Shown one piece after another: positions 59,954 to 64,000 of a DNA stretch of 64,000 bases. This stretch comes from Gekko japonicus. Its lineage: Eukaryota. A program made the translations under genes and the position numbers. Location: the NCBI RefSeq assembly GCF_001447785.1, contig NW_015176458.1, positions 608,258 to 672,257 on the forward strand. The letters are read 5' to 3'. Every line of letters begins with the position of its first letter. Position 1 is the stretch's first letter. Below the pieces are notes generated by a model. It did not search any database and was not told the DNA's origin. It worked only from the letters and a program-made list of their open reading frames with translations.

Positions 59954-61622
59954 CATGAGAAAATGGCAGAGGTCCACCCTGCTCTACTTCAAACCACCTC
60001 TGTCTCTTGCCTTCAAAACTCTACTAGGTTTCCATATGACAGCTGTGACTTGACATAAAGACTGCCCTCCTTTTCCTCCTCCTCCTCCTTCTAACAACAG
60101 CAGAGCAATTAGACCATAAAAAGGGGGGAGGGGGAAGCAAAAAGTACTTTGGTTCAATATGTCTAGAGTAACTGGATATCATCTGATTGGGGAACAGTGG
60201 CTTCTTAGAATGCCGAAACACTGTTTGTTATTGTTTCAGAGCATGTGGTCCGTGGTCATCATATGATAAAACACACTGATATGGAAAAGGAGTGTGTAGC
60301 GGACACCCCCAGATCAGCTGTTCTTATCTAATTTTGGCAAGCTCCAGGAGGAAGCGCTCAGGCAGCCTGTGAGATGCCAATATAGCCTGAACATTGTTAG
60401 AGAGTGGCTTTTGTGCTGGCCCCGTTCCATTATCAACAGGATTTAATTAGTTCCTTTTTTATTCCTTCTTCAATTCGCAACATTCCTAAGCGCTCCTTGG
60501 GAAGAATGCTGTCCTGAAATGAGGATGGCTTATAGGAATGGCATGTTTGCTACTGAAATAAATGAGAGATGGGCACAGATTCCACCCCAGGGCGAGATGT
60601 AAGAGCCCTGCTGGATCTGACCAAGGAACAGTCCTGTTGCTCACAGTGGCCTATAAGCAGGGCATGAAAGTCAAGCCTCCCCCTGTTGTTCCATTAGGGT
60701 AGAACAGTTACTGAAAACAAAACGGCATCATTCTGCTTGGCTTGCTGCCCTCACTAAGCCTCTAAGCCAAGTGATATTTACCTTTTCAACGACGGCTTGC
60801 AGTTATTCCAAATAGAAATAGAAAACAGTATAATTCCAGGTGGTTTTGAAACAATAACAACTGCTATATTGAGACCAGTTGCCCAGGTTGTTCCCAAAGC
60901 ACATGCTTCCCATGAACCAGTACAATTACGCTACTCTTGCCACAATGACTCTCAATGATCCGCTCTCAGAATGCATTCAAAACTGAATTCCGCAGGGGCT
61001 TGATTCTAACATTGTTTCTCTGATTATGGGCATGTAGGTATTCCGTTCCTCCATTCGTCTCTTTAGATTTTTGGGGGACCCTTTAACCAAAAAAATCACA
61101 GTTGAATGCAGATTTGAATGTGTATTTTATTTTTCGATGACATCTCATTTGTGGATGGTCGAATGAACACTCCAGTCATGCCGTGTTCCCAGAGGTTGCA
61201 CATGGAGTCGGGAAGGTGGGAGGCCTGAATTGCCGGCTCTGAGATCAGCAGCTGTCCCCAGGCAGCACAGCCGATGAACTTCTGTGTCTTTTGGCAGCAC
61301 ATTAAGCAATATATAAATATTAAAAATCATCTTGTAGATGGCAATGTGAGGATGGGGAAGAGGGACAGGACCGCCTGGTCTGTTTCAATGTGCCATGCCA
61401 GCAAAGGGGCAGATCAACATTATAAGAGGAATTCAGCTGCAAAGCATTTTGTGAGCTGTCCTGGGCAAACATTAAAATAGACCGCTGTATATGACCCTCT
61501 TGTGTGCTTGATGGAAACAAAGAAAGGATACCTGTTTCACTGTCTCAGATGCAGAAAGGCATGGAAGGGTAGACTCAGCAGTCTCATGCCAGCCAGCAAA
61601 CTGAGAAATACATGGAAACAAT

Positions 61623-61882
61623 GAAGAAGAGATTGGATTTATACCCTGCCCTTCACTTGGAGTCTCAGAGTGGCTTACAATCTCCTTTCCCTTCCTTTCT
61701 CCACAACAGACACCCTGCGAGGTAGATGGGGCTGAGAGAGAGAACTGCTCTTGAGAGAACAGCTCTGAGTGAACTGTGACTGACCCAATGTCATCCAGCT
61801 GGTTGCATGTGGAGGAGTGGGGACCTAAACCTGACTCTCCCAATTAGAGTGCGCCATTCTTAAGCACTACACCAAACTGGCT
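61623..61882 (-). mobile_element. Squam3-like SINE
   Basis: Same head and tail as other copies. Confidence 0.85.
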
Positions 61883-62780
61883 TCATCACCTTGCACCAAA
61901 CTGGAACCATCAGCTTGCACAGATTTGAAAAACCAAGACTCTCTCCATTGAAATCATGCCTCCCGTTAAACCTAGTTTCTTCCCCCCCTAGTTTCTGGAA
62001 ACTTAAACATTGCAACAATGGATAAGCCCATATTCCTTGAATCTGATTTAGGCCCATAGCCAGTGAAGCTGGAGGAGAGGAGGGAAAAGTCGTATTGATT
62101 AATCTATACAGCACACAGTCCAAGGCCAGCTGCCGAAGGAATGCTTCAGCGGTCGCACTGGAAACGGCCTCTGGGACGTAGGGAAACATTCTTGACAGCA
62201 CTGGAGGTCCAGTCCATCACCACCGGCTCTCCCTGGGCCATTGATGGCTGCCACAGTCTCCAGAGATCAGCTGAGTGGTGTGTTGAATAATAACACAGTG
62301 TGTGGGTGAGATGAAGAACTGAGCCCTGTGATGCAGCACGAAGGACAGTTTCTTCACAGTTAACAAGGTAGTTGCTTTGCTTAAAAAAGGAAGGAGGGCT
62401 GCAAATGTTGGAACTGGCAAAGAGACCACAGTTCAGAGGCTCACCGGTTCACTTCGCAGAGCCCCTGTTAGATCAGACCAGTGGTCCGTCTGGTGCAGCA
62501 TCTTATTTCACACAGAGGCCCCAACCAGTGGCCCCGGTGGGCTTGTAAACAGGGCATAGAAGCAAAGTCCTCTCCTGCCCCCTCTCCCCCCCGCCCCGAC
62601 TCTTCCTGCCTCTGAAAGTGGAGGTCACTTTTAGTCACCTTGGCAAGTAGCCAAACTCAATTTTAACTTCTGATTTAACTTCTCCCTGGTGAGGAGTAAA
62701 CCCAGGAATCTTTACTGAGGCCATTTCCTGTTTACTCTCACCATATCGGTCCTTTACCCATGTGTACCGTTTTCTTCAGT

Positions 62781-62920
62781 GAGAGTCAGTGTAGTGGTTA
62801 AAGAATCGGACCGTGATCAGGAAGGCCCTCCGGGACCGGGACATAGGCCTTGCTGGATGACTTCAGGCCAGTCACACTCTCTCGGCCTAACCTACCTCAC
62901 AGGGTTGTTGTGAGGATCAA
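62781..62920 (+). mobile_element. Older tRNA SINE (Squam3-related)
   Basis: GTGTAGTGGTTAAAG...CCTAACCTACCTCACAGGGTTGTTGTGAGGAT. Confidence 0.65.
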
Positions 62921-63270
62921 ACAAGCAGCCAGGATGAGGAAGAGGAGAAGGAAGCAGGGGCAGCTGCAGCCAGAAAGGGGAGGCAAGGGGGGAACTTAGA
63001 TCCAGGGCTGGCAGAGATAAACCAGAGCTGGGGTCTGGGAGATATTATGGGGTATCCTTTTCCTGCAAGTCCTGGCAGGTTTCCCTCTGTGTGTGTGTAT
63101 TTATATGGTGGGCAGGGATGATGTTTTCATCACTGCACTGCTACCTCGACAGGAACAGAGTTTTTAAAATCTATATATTAAAACTGGAATTGTTCCATAA
63201 TTAATTCCCCCTTCACAGAATTAAAACTAATGTCTCTCCCTTCTTTCCCCTGCTTGTCATTATCATACAG

Positions 63271-63440
63271 AGTGCAGACGCCACGTGCATGCATGGACTG
63301 AGAAGGGCGATATATTTAAGGGTACGCAGTATCACAGAAGATGATTTCAGGGAGAAACTGGCACCATTCATTTGCTTCGAGGTGTCAAGACGCAAGGGCA
63401 TTCTGAAACCTTGCCGTGCTTAACGCAAATGTTGCACAGC
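63271..63440 (+). other. Candidate non-coding or UTR exon
   Basis: Branch-point-like ACTAAT, pyrimidine tract, CAG acceptor; C|GTGAGT donor; stops in all three frames. Confidence 0.3.
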
Positions 63441-63835
63441 GTGAGTTCTTATCATCATCTCCGAGTCATATTTCTGGGACGAGGATTCGATCGCTTGCCT
63501 ATTACCTTCGGAATCCCCTGGGCCTGTTACTGGGCTCTGGTTTCTTTGAATTGCATTTTTATACATTAGGCTTGTAAAGCCATGTACTATACATTAATGA
63601 TTTGATTGATGTTTGTTCAAAGGGGAGAGATTTAACACGCACTGAGGACACGAGCGCTATTATTCAGCTCCTTCCGTTCTCCTGCTGATGGATGCCGAAC
63701 AGTCTTTTCGCTTTCAAAGCCTCAGTGTGCATGACTAGATGTCACTAGCTCTACAAAGGACCAGTTTTTCTATAGCCATTCAGATAAGGCATTCAGTCCA
63801 ACTGCTTGTCACTGGTAGTCCTATTTGCATTATAG

Positions 63836-64000
63836 GAACATAGAGCTGGAAGGGACCCCCCAGGATCATCTAGTCCAACCCCTTGGGAAATACAGGGAAT
63901 TCACAGCTTCTCCCCCCGCATCTCCCAGTGACCCCTGCTCTTTGACCAGAGGTAGGCAAAAACCCCTCCAGGATCCCTGAGCCAATCTGGCTTGGAGGAA
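63836..64000 (-). mobile_element. CR1-type 3' end
   Basis: CATAGAGCTGGAAGGGACC...ATCATCTAGTCCAACCCC. Confidence 0.75.

Overview
Vertebrate non-coding DNA (large intron or gene desert), almost certainly from a squamate and probably a gecko. This is inferred from the repeat content: Sauria SINEs, many Squam3-like tRNA SINEs, Bov-B/RTE, CR1, L2 and Penelope fragments. I find no intact host protein-coding gene. The only ORFs with recognisable protein are decayed retroelement pieces (CR1, L2, RTE/Bov-B, Penelope). The window is dense in transposons with well-preserved termini and target-site duplications (TSDs): hAT MITEs with 8-bp TSDs, PIF/Harbinger MITEs with 3-bp TSDs, a Tc1/mariner-type MITE with a TA TSD, and a 420-bp solo LTR inside a CR1. 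Several nested insertions give a relative chronology. The most notable items are a 5S-rRNA-headed SINE family with an RTE-type tail, a MITE whose ends resemble the horizontally transferred OC1 hAT element, a family of CpG-rich fold-back hAT MITEs carrying paired GC boxes and a shared apex motif, Penelope pseudo-LTRs with degenerate hammerhead ribozyme cores, a candidate non-coding exon, and candidate enhancers. I cannot demonstrate a new biological system from this sequence alone. Family names come from recalled consensus sequences, not database searches. TSD-bounded coordinates were counted by hand and others are approximate. There is a 145-N gap at 58945-59089.
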